Source of the DNA: an uncultured virus (IMG/VR IMGVR_UViG_3300031232_000001)
Lineage: Duplodnaviria; Heunggongvirae; Uroviricota; Caudoviricetes
DNA: 20,000 nucleotides
IMG/VR virus record: IMGVR_UViG_3300031232_000001
Direction: 5' to 3' (one strand)
Shown here: piece by piece, positions 7,407-15,527 of the stretch
How the letters are laid out: each line of letters starts with the position of its first letter
How positions within the stretch are numbered: position 1 is the first letter of the stretch
Translations under genes and position numbers: made by a program
Notes under the pieces: model-generated
The model's database searches: none
What the model was told of the DNA's origin: nothing
Seen by the model: the letters and a program-made list of their open reading frames with translations, nothing else

Positions 7407-8945
7407 TTACCAATAGCTACCAAGAAAGGGACGTCCCCGCTTTAAATTCTGCAATACATGCACTTGGTGATTGTTATTAAATTCACCTTCTCTGACCACT
7501 ATTTCATTCAATCGCATGATTCCTATTTCCTTTTCTCGTCCTTTATGATCCCGATTAAGTCCAAACATGGCGGTTACGTGGGCATATTTACGCTTGTCCT
7601 CAGAAAAATTATCCATCGAAAGTATGTCCTTTGTGTAACTGTCCGAGTCTACCTGTGTAACTGTAATAACCAATGCCTTTCGTTTTTGACTGAGTCCCCG
7701 CAAATCCATCCATATTTTATTTTGCTTATGTCTAAATTCCTTTACCGTATCATCTGCCATTATATCCGCGTAATCAAAGATAATAACGTCAGGAATAAAT
7801 CCATCTTCTTTTTCCCAAATGTCCATTATTGCCTCCGCTTGTTTGACTGTAAGTGTATTATTTGGATGGGAGGATAATTTAAAATTACGTTGATTTTTAA
7901 TAAAAAATTTATCGAAGGAATTTTGTGCCTCTTGATATGTCAAAGGTTTTTTAACAGTAATTTCCTTCAACCAAACTGCCCCTGACATACTTTTTTTCCA
8001 ACGATCACAATTGGTACATGTTTTGTAATCTTCATTTTCCTTATATGCCTCGATTAATTCCTGTTTCGTGACTTCTCGTCTCAACCATTTATCCGTCTTA
8101 CCGTCAAATACTCCAAAATTACTGCTCCTTTCGTCGTTATCACATTTGTCCAATTGATTCCAAATACAATCCTTTACAGGTTGATACATTCGTCCACAAT
8201 ACATTTCCAAGTTGGACTTTTGATTGAGGTAAATACTTGTCCTAATTATTTGCTCATCCTCTGTCATGTCTCCTGCTTGGAAGAAAGCTACCCGCCTGCC
8301 TTGCTTTCTTGCCCTCATTGCAAACTCCAATAATAAAAACGTTTTGCCAGCCTTCTCAATAGCCATGAACGCCACAAAAGCACCCCGCCGTAGTTGATTA
8401 TTTAAAAACTCACCCATTGCCCCGGGAAACCTAATTAATGGTTCGACTATACGGGTGAAAGCTTTTTTAATTTTTGTTTTTATTTCGGGGTTACTGAAAT
8501 CAATCCAAGCCCCGCTATCCTTAGCAATTGGTTTAAATTCTCCTGCAAGCTTTTGTGCCTCGATTAATTGTCCGTCCTTTGCTAATGCAGATATTTCCTC
8601 ACCGTGTTTGATCAGATGTTTTTCAGTAAAGTATTTAATTGTTTCATCAACCAAATAATCTACGTTTACCCCTTCATTTTCGTATTCCTCAGACAAGGCT
8701 GGAAGTATATCTTCCTCAATTTCCTCCTTTAAATCATTAGAAAGACCGTTTTTTGCTTTTTGATAAAAAATAGGTTCAATTTCCCGCCCTGGTGCTTTTT
8801 GGTATTTGTCATAATATTCCATGCACCACGTTGCAATTCGTTTTGCGGTAGCTGACTCAATTAACTGGACTGACCAACGATCTTGAATCCTTTGTATAAA
8901 TTCCGTGGATGTGATTAATCCAATAATAATGCGGCGTTCAATCAT
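7407..8945 (-). CDS. dnaB: DnaB-like (SF4) replicative helicase with Cys-rich insertion
   Basis: Walker A AIEKAGKT, IIFDYADIM, LRGLSQ...VITVTQ, FSEDKRK, VVREG. Confidence 0.85.
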   Translation of the reverse strand: MIERRIIIGLITSTEFIQRIQDRWSVQLIESATAKRIATWCMEYYDKYQKAPGREIEPIFYQKAKNGLSNDLKEEIEEDILPALSEEYENEGVNVDYLVDETIKYFTEKHLIKHGEEISALAKDGQLIEAQKLAGEFKPIAKDSGAWIDFSNPEIKTKIKKAFTRIVEPLIRFPGAMGEFLNNQLRRGAFVAFMAIEKAGKTFLLLEFAMRARKQGRRVAFFQAGDMTEDEQIIRTSIYLNQKSNLEMYCGRMYQPVKDCIWNQLDKCDNDERSSNFGVFDGKTDKWLRREVTKQELIEAYKENEDYKTCTNCDRWKKSMSGAVWLKEITVKKPLTYQEAQNSFDKFFIKNQRNFKLSSHPNNTLTVKQAEAIMDIWEKEDGFIPDVIIFDYADIMADDTVKEFRHKQNKIWMDLRGLSQKRKALVITVTQVDSDSYTKDILSMDNFSEDKRKYAHVTAMFGLNRDHKGREKEIGIMRLNEIVVREGEFNNNHQVHVLQNLKRGRPFLGSYW

Positions 8946-9394
8946 TCGACAGGTATTTTATAGGCATTTACTAAATCAAATATTTCATCTAAGGTTTTGA
9001 CAGGTATTTCATTCCAATTACCTAATTTAATGATCTTTTCACAATTTCGACCAATTAAATCCGATTTATTTTTTATCAAAAAATATCCTTTTTTATTCAG
9101 AAAATCTCCTTTGTAATAATCTTCCTGCGTTGATAAAACACCTACGCATTTCGTTTGGTAGAATTTAATTTCATCGGTAAGGCATTTGCATTGATTAAAT
9201 GATGCAGGAATAGTAGTCACATATTGACCATAAACATACATCCGTCCAAACATTATTTTGTACTCGGTAGTAATTGAAGGAATAGTTTCAAGATCAACCG
9301 CAATGTGTTTTATGCAGAAAAATAAACCAATTTTTTCAAACCAAGTAAAGCCTTGAACTTCTTTAATTCGTGGAAATAAAAGTTTTGTTTTCAT
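8942..9394 (-). CDS. Hypothetical protein, 150 aa
   Basis: ATGA overlaps with both the initiator and the helicase. No motif recognised. Confidence 0.7.
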   Translation of the reverse strand: MKTKLLFPRIKEVQGFTWFEKIGLFFCIKHIAVDLETIPSITTEYKIMFGRMYVYGQYVTTIPASFNQCKCLTDEIKFYQTKCVGVLSTQEDYYKGDFLNKKGYFLIKNKSDLIGRNCEKIIKLGNWNEIPVKTLDEIFDLVNAYKIPVE

Positions 9395-10245
9395 CTGTGT
9401 AAGTTTTTAATTCTATCTGGTAATTCTGTTTCCTCTGTGTATTGTTCCTTTGTGTTTTCAGTACCTCTTTCCATAGCCGCTTCCAGTCGTATAAACTTTT
9501 CCCTCAATGATGATCCGCTTTCAATTACTGGAATGTATTGTCCTCCTATGTTATTCTCATACCAATTTAAAACCGATTCTATTCGTTTAAAATCTATTTT
9601 AGATTCTTCCGCTAATCTTCGTATATCATTTGCCCAGGAATTGATTTGTATGGTGGTATGTTCAATGTTCTTTTTTAAATGGATGATTTCAGATAACCTT
9701 TTAGCCAATGGAAAGTAAAAGTAATTTCGTTTTATTTTAGGAACTTTTTTGGGTGTCGGAATGTTATTAGCACTTAAAGCATTTTTACTATTAGCACTTA
9801 AAGCATTTGTATTATCGGAACCCACAATGTGGGATTTCCCACAGCCTGGGGTTTGATACTCCTGGGAATTGTAACTATTATTTTTCCATATAAAATTAAT
9901 TTTAATAAACCATCCAGTGACTTGTCCTAATTTATTTTTTTCTCTAACATTATCAATTAATCCAAATACAATTAATTTTCTTTTTGTTCTAAAAAATTTA
10001 TCTCGTCCCCATTTTAATGCATTCATTACGTATTGATCAGTAGCCTTAGGACAATTAGTACCTTGCCATTTTGCTGTGTAATAGTAAAAAATATACAAGG
10101 CAATTAAATTATCAGGAAATTCATCTTTTAAAAATATGTCCAATGTTGCTTTCGATAAAATTACAGGTTCATCTTGTACGGAATAATAAATAGGAGTAGT
10201 TGGTTCAGAATAATTGATAGTTTTGTTAGATTTAGTGCGTACCAT
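9391..10245 (-). CDS. Phage replication initiator (wHTH N-terminus, linker, helical C-terminal domain)
   Basis: N-terminal LIALYIFYYY...ALKWGRDKFFRTKRKLIVFGLI is wHTH-like. C-terminal RIESVLNWY...IESGSSLREKFIRL resembles O-like initiators. Lies upstream of dnaB and contains repeats in the linker. Start ATG 10245 (alternative TTG 10254). Confidence 0.7.
   Translation of the reverse strand: MVRTKSNKTINYSEPTTPIYYSVQDEPVILSKATLDIFLKDEFPDNLIALYIFYYYTAKWQGTNCPKATDQYVMNALKWGRDKFFRTKRKLIVFGLIDNVREKNKLGQVTGWFIKINFIWKNNSYNSQEYQTPGCGKSHIVGSDNTNALSANSKNALSANNIPTPKKVPKIKRNYFYFPLAKRLSEIIHLKKNIEHTTIQINSWANDIRRLAEESKIDFKRIESVLNWYENNIGGQYIPVIESGSSLREKFIRLEAAMERGTENTKEQYTEETELPDRIKNLHR
9765..9870. repeat. Iteron-like repeats, candidate replication origin inside the initiator gene
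   Basis: Exact 20-bp direct repeat tattagcacttaaagcattt at 9765-9784 and 9789-9808. Then ~17-bp units cccacaatgtgggattt, cccacagcctggggttt and tgatactcctgggaatt (9821-9870). Confidence 0.55.
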
Positions 10246-10268
10246 AGGTTTCAAAAATTAGTAGAAAT

Positions 10269-10315
10269 AAAAAAGCCTGGGACTTCAGTGCTGCCACACA
10301 TCCATCCACAGGCTT
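10269..10315 (-). terminator. Intrinsic terminator/attenuator in the initiator leader
   Basis: Minus-strand AAGCCTG...CAGGCTT stem running into a U6 tract, between the promoter and the initiator ATG. Confidence 0.65.
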
Positions 10316-10382
10316 AATAAAAACTTTGTTATTTTGATAGTTTAATCTTGGCAGCGAATTAAACTTAATTATTTTCAGTTTG

Positions 10383-10414
10383 CAAATGTATAAAAATTAA
10401 TTGCAATTTTCAAA
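10383..10414 (-). promoter_or_regulatory. Bacteroidota consensus promoter for the replication operon
   Basis: Minus-strand TTTG (10414-10411), 20 nt spacer, TACATTTG (10390-10383): a perfect -33/-7 match. Confidence 0.75.
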
Positions 10415-10438
10415 ATAATTTTATAACAAAGCTATAAA

Positions 10439-10615
10439 TCAATTATTTAGATATACCAGTCCTAATCTTTTTTTGTGTTCCTCTCTGTAATTAGGGTGCA
10501 CAAAACAGATTAATTCCTTGGAACTTTTCTTCAATAAGTATTGACGGGTTAAAACTTTGTTATGTGCCATTGCGTCTGCAATTGCCGCCTCCCTTGCTTC
10601 AAATGTTCTTATCAT
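10439..10615 (-). CDS. Hypothetical protein, 58 aa (not in ORF track)
   Basis: MIRTFEAREAAIADAMAHNKVLTRQYLLKKSSKELICFVHPNYREEHKKRLGLVYLNN. Starts 4 nt after the upstream stop. Confidence 0.65.
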   Translation of the reverse strand: MIRTFEAREAAIADAMAHNKVLTRQYLLKKSSKELICFVHPNYREEHKKRLGLVYLNN

Positions 10616-10619
10616 AATT

Positions 10620-10850
10620 TTAAGTATAAAATGGTTTGGTTTTTTCTAATAATTTCAATGTTAATTCGTATGCACGCTGGTGTAAAATAATAAACGAGTG
10701 CCTGCCTTTGCTGTGATAACAGAGGCGATGGAAGATGTAATTGTAATTTTGTTCAATGTCATCCATTTTGTGAATGGTATTAACAAAAATGTTTTTAATA
10801 TTAACTGCCTTGTAGTCAATATTACTGTTTCCAATCATAAAACTATTCAT
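10620..10850 (-). CDS. Hypothetical protein
   Basis: Co-directional ORF. Start moved to ATG 10850 (MNSFMIG), overlapping the stop of the upstream small gene. Confidence 0.55.
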   Translation of the reverse strand: MNSFMIGNSNIDYKAVNIKNIFVNTIHKMDDIEQNYNYIFHRLCYHSKGRHSFIILHQRAYELTLKLLEKTKPFYT

Positions 10851-10944
10851 CTTTGTCAATTTTTTGAACAAAAATTAATGAAAAGATGATTAAAAGAAGT
10901 ACTACAATTCGGAACCAGTTTACTTGATTTTCTGCAATTATCAT
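10843..10944 (-). CDS. Small single-pass membrane protein, 33 aa (not in ORF track)
   Basis: MIIAENQVNWFRIVVLLLIIFSLIFVQKIDKDE, one hydrophobic helix. Fills the intergenic gap. Confidence 0.5.
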   Translation of the reverse strand: MIIAENQVNWFRIVVLLLIIFSLIFVQKIDKDE

Positions 10945-10965
10945 GGTATTTAAATTTTAGTGTTT

Positions 10966-11226
10966 TTACCGCCTTCTACCAAATTTAATATTTGAATTAG
11001 TGCGTTTCATCGTTTTACAGTATTTAATTCGGCTGAGGCTGTAAAACCGCAGGAGAATCATATAGGAGTGCCCTTGTGATCTTCGACCTTTTATTCCACA
11101 TTTCGTACAATAAAAAATATCATATTGGAATTTCTTGTTGAACATTTTTCGTTTGTTCATTCGTCGAAAATCATGTACCTTGTGAAGAGGTTGAAGGTCT
11201 ACGATTACAATTTTATGTGATTTCAT
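10966..11226 (-). CDS. Small basic protein, possible zinc ribbon
   Basis: HDFRRMN...YDIFYCTKCGIKGRR...C. TAATG coupling with the upstream gene. Confidence 0.65.
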   Translation of the reverse strand: MKSHKIVIVDLQPLHKVHDFRRMNKRKMFNKKFQYDIFYCTKCGIKGRRSQGHSYMILLRFYSLSRIKYCKTMKRTNSNIKFGRRR

Positions 11227-11507
11227 TAAATTGAATCAGCTAATTGTTCCAACCATTTTTTATTTTGCATATTATCATGTAATTTATGCAAATTTTTAAT
11301 TAAGGTATCAAATGAATCTCCTAAAACCACTTGTGATTCAGGGTTAGGAATTTCAGCATATAGGTATAATGCCTCTGATGAGGATGTGCATAATATCTCC
11401 CTTAATACCGTAAGTTTAGGAGTATATCTATCGTAGTTACATAGATAGAGGATTCCTCTTGTTTCTATAGGAATATCTGTTCCTAATATGGTTTTTAATT
11501 CATTCAT
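11226..11507 (-). CDS. Hypothetical protein, 93 aa
   Basis: Tightly packed co-directional ORF directly after the primase. Confidence 0.7.
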   Translation of the reverse strand: MNELKTILGTDIPIETRGILYLCNYDRYTPKLTVLREILCTSSSEALYLYAEIPNPESQVVLGDSFDTLIKNLHKLHDNMQNKKWLEQLADSI

Positions 11508-11511
11508 TTGT

Positions 11512-12429
11512 TTATTTTATTAATTGTTTAACTAAATAATTAGCCTCACATTGTGTCATTTCACCAGGATCTCCTGTTATTTTAATGGCAAATGCATCAA
11601 TGTTTCTAAATTTTAGATCAGCTACTAATTTATTTGCCTGTATTTTAGCCTGTTTTTCTTCACTTGTCGCACTTTGACCGTCAAAACAAACAATAACACG
11701 TTTAAATAATGTAGCCATCAGTCGTACCTGTTTAATAGAGTATTCAATACCTGATGTAGAAAAAGCATGTTTACCTAATCTCCAAACATCCATGTATCCT
11801 TCAACACAAATACCAGTTGAGGATTTCCAGCAATCCTCATGTCCATATAAAATGTCCTTATGTGAGATAATTTCAAATTGTTTTGGACATGCTTGGTATT
11901 TATTAATTGCCTTGTCCGTTATGTCTCGGGCGTCAAAAGAAACTATTTGATCACTCCACATAATTGGAATGATGATTCGGTGTTTGTAATTTAGTTTATC
12001 AAGCATCGCAATAGGTCCCGTCCCAAGTAATTTCCATTCTTGTTCTAAATAATCAGGATCAAATTTTCGTTTTTCTAAATAATGTTTATGATTCCATAAT
12101 AATTCGGAGGTGTTGCTGGGCAGTTTAAATTCCTTTTTATTTATTACTTTTTCTTCCTTTGTTCGATAAGATTTACCACCATATTGCTTTATAATTTCTT
12201 TAGCCTGTTCTGTGTTTACATTAAGCAGTTTGGAAATAGTCTTATCGGTAGGATGCCATCCGCAACGCCAACAATTAAAATGATTAGTAGATAAATCATA
12301 ACCAAGATGAGGACCGGGATTGCCCGTACAAAAAGGACAGTCTACATTGACCCATCCCGGCCTACAATATTTATATCCCTCCGTGTGCAGAGGGATATTA
12401 AAATCGTTGAGAAGTTGAACAATGTTCAT
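11512..12429 (-). CDS. dnaG: DnaG-like DNA primase (Zn finger + TOPRIM)
   Basis: CPFC...HLGY...FNCWRCG zinc-binding domain, RIIIPI...SFDAR, KY, CVEGYMD, VCFDG, GDPG. Confidence 0.85.
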   Translation of the reverse strand: MNIVQLLNDFNIPLHTEGYKYCRPGWVNVDCPFCTGNPGPHLGYDLSTNHFNCWRCGWHPTDKTISKLLNVNTEQAKEIIKQYGGKSYRTKEEKVINKKEFKLPSNTSELLWNHKHYLEKRKFDPDYLEQEWKLLGTGPIAMLDKLNYKHRIIIPIMWSDQIVSFDARDITDKAINKYQACPKQFEIISHKDILYGHEDCWKSSTGICVEGYMDVWRLGKHAFSTSGIEYSIKQVRLMATLFKRVIVCFDGQSATSEEKQAKIQANKLVADLKFRNIDAFAIKITGDPGEMTQCEANYLVKQLIK

Positions 12430-12430
12430 T

Positions 12431-12733
12431 TTACATAGGTTGTAATTGATTTACTAGGCCGATAAATGAAACATTTTTACGTTTTTGAACATCCCAAGTT
12501 TCATAAACCCAAAATCCACGTTTACGAGTTTTTATCCATTTTTGTCTTTTTAAATGTTTCCTAAATTCTGGAAAGGACATGTTTTCCGGACGGGCATTTA
12601 AAATTAAGTTGGAACGGAAAATTTCAACTTCCTTAACGGTTTTTACAGGTTGAATTTTTATTGGTTCCTTTTCTGCAACAGTGGTAAACAAATCGGTAAT
12701 CCATAGCCAAATCATCTTAATTACATTTTTCAT
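12431..12733 (-). CDS. Hypothetical protein, 100 aa
   Basis: Co-directional and packed between helicase and primase. Contains RPENMSFPEFRKHLK. Confidence 0.7.
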   Translation of the reverse strand: MKNVIKMIWLWITDLFTTVAEKEPIKIQPVKTVKEVEIFRSNLILNARPENMSFPEFRKHLKRQKWIKTRKRGFWVYETWDVQKRKNVSFIGLVNQLQPM

Positions 12734-12744
12734 GATAATAAAAT

Positions 12745-14520
12745 TTAGTTATTAATATAATCGTTCATTAATTCCTCAAATAAATTTGTAGATTCTGCCT
12801 TTGTTCCATTTATAACGGTGGAAATTGTTTTTCTTTTTTCGTCCAGTAATTTACCAATTCGTTCCTCAATTGTATTAATGGACATCATGTAATATACTAT
12901 TACCGCAAATTTTTGGGTAATCCTATGTATTCGATCAATTACCTGATCTAATTTACCAGGTGTCCATGGAAATTCAATTACTACAATATTATAGGCGGCA
13001 GTAAGAGTTATCCCTACACCACCTGCCGAAGAAATTACCATTAATTTAACATCCTTACTTTTTTGAAATTTACTAATATTTTCCTGCCTTTTTTCTGATT
13101 TAACAGAGCCGTCTATTTTCCTTGCAATTTTGGAATATCTTTGCATCAATTGGTCGATAATAAATTTATGATGGGCAAAAACTACCAATTTATCATTTGA
13201 TTCTAAAAAATTATCAATCCATTCAAAAACTTGTTTCATTTTTCCTTGCACTGCCAATTGTTTTAACACGTTCATTTGTGTTAATATTTCAGCCGCTGAA
13301 ACACGTTCCACTTTATCTTCGATATGTTTATTCCTTGCTGCCTCAATTGCCAGTGTAGGCTCTATATTGATGTTGTATTTTTTAGTAAAGCTTTCTATAC
13401 TTTCAATAATATTTTCAATTGCATGTTGATCCTCATCAAATTTAGCTCCTGTTGATTTCCGAATAAATTCAATAAAATTATTTTCAGCAAAACGGTATTC
13501 CTTTTCGTTATCTATTTCAAGAGGAACAAAGGTATATGATTTATTTGGAAGTTCTGGGAGTACATCTTGCTTTAGGCGTCTAATCATTATGGTTGAAACA
13601 AGACGGGAATGGAGTTCCTTGGAGTTAGAAGCCCCGCTAAAATCCCAACTAAATCCATTATGTTTGCCGTCACAATAGGTTCGGCCAAATGTAAGCCAAT
13701 CGGGGCAATTTTTAGGATCAAGTAACATCCAAGCGTTATATATTTCACTTGTTCGGTTTTCAATTGGTGTTCCTGATATAAGGACTATATTTTTAGATTT
13801 ATTTGCTATTTTTTTTGTGTGAAAAGTTTGTTTGGCTGAATTGTTTTTTATGTTCTGACATTCGTCCACAATCACTACCGCGGCATTCATCTGTTTTAAT
13901 TGTTTCCTCCAGTGATAAACGATATTATAATTAATAACAACTATATCCCCTGTAATTTCTTCGGGTGTTTGTGTAGATAGTATTTGGACATTTGGAGAAG
14001 GTGTCATCCATTTTTTGCATTCTCGTTTCCAATTCAGTTTAACACAATTAGGACAAATAACAATAACAGGACGTATTTCAGGATGTAATTGTAGCCAAGC
14101 AATACTTTCTATCGTTTTACCAAGTCCTTGATCGTCTGCAAGCAGTGCACCGCGGCCGTTTAATTTTTTATAGTGATCAATTAGTGAAACCCCTGTATTT
14201 TGAAAAGGTCTTAACGTTCCGTTTAACCCTGGAATTTCAATTTGTTTTGCGTTTCTTCGTTCTGTGTATTTTACAAGATAGTTTGTTAGATTGTCACTGA
14301 GTTTATAATGCCAATTTTGTAATATGTTAATATATTCAATAGACAGAGGTACTTCCCAATGCTGTTTTGCTTTGTTGTAGGTACGAATAGGAAGGGTTTT
14401 GATTTGTTCAATGTTTTTAAAATCGAAAGGGAATCGGCATTTAATTATCCGATTCCCTTGTTGATTAATTCCAATTGCAGCCGTTTTAAAAACTGTACGG
14501 TGATAAATTTTAGTTTGCAT
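12745..14520 (-). CDS. SNF2-family helicase with N-terminal HARP-like domain
   Basis: LRPFQ, LLADDQGLGKT, VICP, DECQNIKN, ISGTPIENR, MIRRLKQDVLPELP, VVFAHH, IDGS, GGVGITL, QVIDRIHR. N-terminal FPFD..IEQIKTLP.RTYN...HWEVP is HARP-like. Start moved to ATG 14520. Confidence 0.9.
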   Translation of the reverse strand: MQTKIYHRTVFKTAAIGINQQGNRIIKCRFPFDFKNIEQIKTLPIRTYNKAKQHWEVPLSIEYINILQNWHYKLSDNLTNYLVKYTERRNAKQIEIPGLNGTLRPFQNTGVSLIDHYKKLNGRGALLADDQGLGKTIESIAWLQLHPEIRPVIVICPNCVKLNWKRECKKWMTPSPNVQILSTQTPEEITGDIVVINYNIVYHWRKQLKQMNAAVVIVDECQNIKNNSAKQTFHTKKIANKSKNIVLISGTPIENRTSEIYNAWMLLDPKNCPDWLTFGRTYCDGKHNGFSWDFSGASNSKELHSRLVSTIMIRRLKQDVLPELPNKSYTFVPLEIDNEKEYRFAENNFIEFIRKSTGAKFDEDQHAIENIIESIESFTKKYNINIEPTLAIEAARNKHIEDKVERVSAAEILTQMNVLKQLAVQGKMKQVFEWIDNFLESNDKLVVFAHHKFIIDQLMQRYSKIARKIDGSVKSEKRQENISKFQKSKDVKLMVISSAGGVGITLTAAYNIVVIEFPWTPGKLDQVIDRIHRITQKFAVIVYYMMSINTIEERIGKLLDEKRKTISTVINGTKAESTNLFEELMNDYINN

Positions 14521-15007
14521 AAACCTCAACTTTTTCGATAAATGTAAGGTATTGATTACAATATTCTGAATTATTATGTACTGCAATTACCTTTTTCTTA
14601 AACTCCTCTAAACTACCTTTAAAACAACCGCAAACTACTTGCACATCTTCTTTTCCAGTCCAATACACAGTGGTTTGCCTCTGCCTAGAGCCTATCCGCG
14701 GTGAAACAATACGTTGCGGATTTTCTTTATAACCACTGCAATCACTGCAACTACTGCAATTACTGCAATACCTGCAATCACTGCAACTACTGCAATCCCT
14801 GCAACTACTGCAACTACTGCAATAACTGCAATACCTGCAATACCTGCAATCACTGCAATTACTGCAATTACTGCAATACCTGCAATCACTGCAATCCCTG
14901 CAACCAATTAATGTTTTACTTTTTGCAGTTGCTGTTTCCAGCGTTTCCACCTCTGTACTCCACTTGTTATTGTTTTCATCTACGTAAAAACCATCAATTT
15001 TTTTCAT
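14510..15007 (-). CDS. Cys-x-x tandem-repeat protein with C-terminal CGCFxG domain
   Basis: 19 C-x-x units, then IGSRQRQTT...VVCGCFKGSLEEFKKKV...H...Y, a cap domain I associate with phage solenoid-repeat proteins. ATGA coupling with the upstream gene. Confidence 0.8.
   Translation of the reverse strand: MKKIDGFYVDENNNKWSTEVETLETATAKSKTLIGCRDCSDCRYCSNCSNCSDCRYCRYCSYCSSCSSCRDCSSCSDCRYCSNCSSCSDCSGYKENPQRIVSPRIGSRQRQTTVYWTGKEDVQVVCGCFKGSLEEFKKKVIAVHNNSEYCNQYLTFIEKVEVYAN
14732..14902. repeat. 9-bp tandem repeat, 19 copies (minus-strand TGCAGKNNN)
   Basis: Plus-strand ctgca recurs every 9 nt (actgcaatc, actgcaact, actgcaatt, cctgcaata...). Confidence 0.95.
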
Positions 15008-15297
15008 TTGTTTTTATTTTTTAGTTTATAATATCGTTCAGTAAATCTTTTCCTTTCTTTATTTGCTACGATATAAAAAGGAAGATTGTCTCCGACTATA
15101 AAAGGTTGATCACGGAGAGGATAGGCTGGCTGAAACAGGCTTTTGGCTGTTTCCTCGGATATTTCAATCTGTTTAGTTAATCGAATTTCAAAAAATCGGA
15201 CAGAATTATTAACTAAACATGCATGTATTTCTACATTATCAAAATTATTCACCCACCGATAAGCCATGTTAGGTTTGGCAATTGCTAGTGTTCTCAT
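15004..15297 (-). CDS. Hypothetical protein, 97 aa
   Basis: ATGA-coupled on both sides. Confidence 0.7.
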   Translation of the reverse strand: MRTLAIAKPNMAYRWVNNFDNVEIHACLVNNSVRFFEIRLTKQIEISEETAKSLFQPAYPLRDQPFIVGDNLPFYIVANKERKRFTERYYKLKNKNK

Positions 15298-15527
15298 AGA
15301 TTAGAATTTATATAGATTACACAATCATTAATCAATGCATCATATGGAAAAAATACTTCAATACAATCAATTTTATTGCAATCCTCCGATAATGTAAGCA
15401 TTAAATTATTTTCACAACAGAATTCCAAAAGTAGCATACTGGCTTCTGACATTTTTGGGATAAATATTTTATCTTTATTTTTTCCAATAATTTTTACTTT
15501 TATATTATAATTGTTCATATTAATCAA
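15294..15527 (-). CDS. Hypothetical protein, ~74-77 aa
   Basis: Co-directional packed ORF. Start may be the ATG of MNNYN at 15518. Confidence 0.6.
   Translation of the reverse strand: MINMNNYNIKVKIIGKNKDKIFIPKMSEASMLLLEFCCENNLMLTLSEDCNKIDCIEVFFPYDALINDCVIYINSNL

Noticed and set aside
2623..10889. Other short opposite-strand or nested ORFs (2623..2853, 3776..3970, 6547..6768, 7458..7877, 8455..8658, 9437..9718, 10698..10889)
   Set aside because: They overlap better-supported minus-strand genes and show no recognisable motifs.
11660..11700. Primase inactive because the TOPRIM DxD reads FDGQ
   Set aside because: The other acidic residues (VEG..D, first Asp, GDP) and the Zn finger are intact and the ORF is uninterrupted; this is insufficient to call a pseudogene.
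14732..14902. Possible CRISPR array or DGR repeat
   Set aside because: The period is 9 bp with no spacers, there is no cas or reverse transcriptase gene, and no TR/VR pair is seen.
14692..15024. Alternative-frame repeat ORFs (VIAGIA, CNYCNH, TAITAI)
   Set aside because: By-products of the stop-free 9-bp repeat. Only 14510..15007 has sensible flanking domains and coupling to neighbours.
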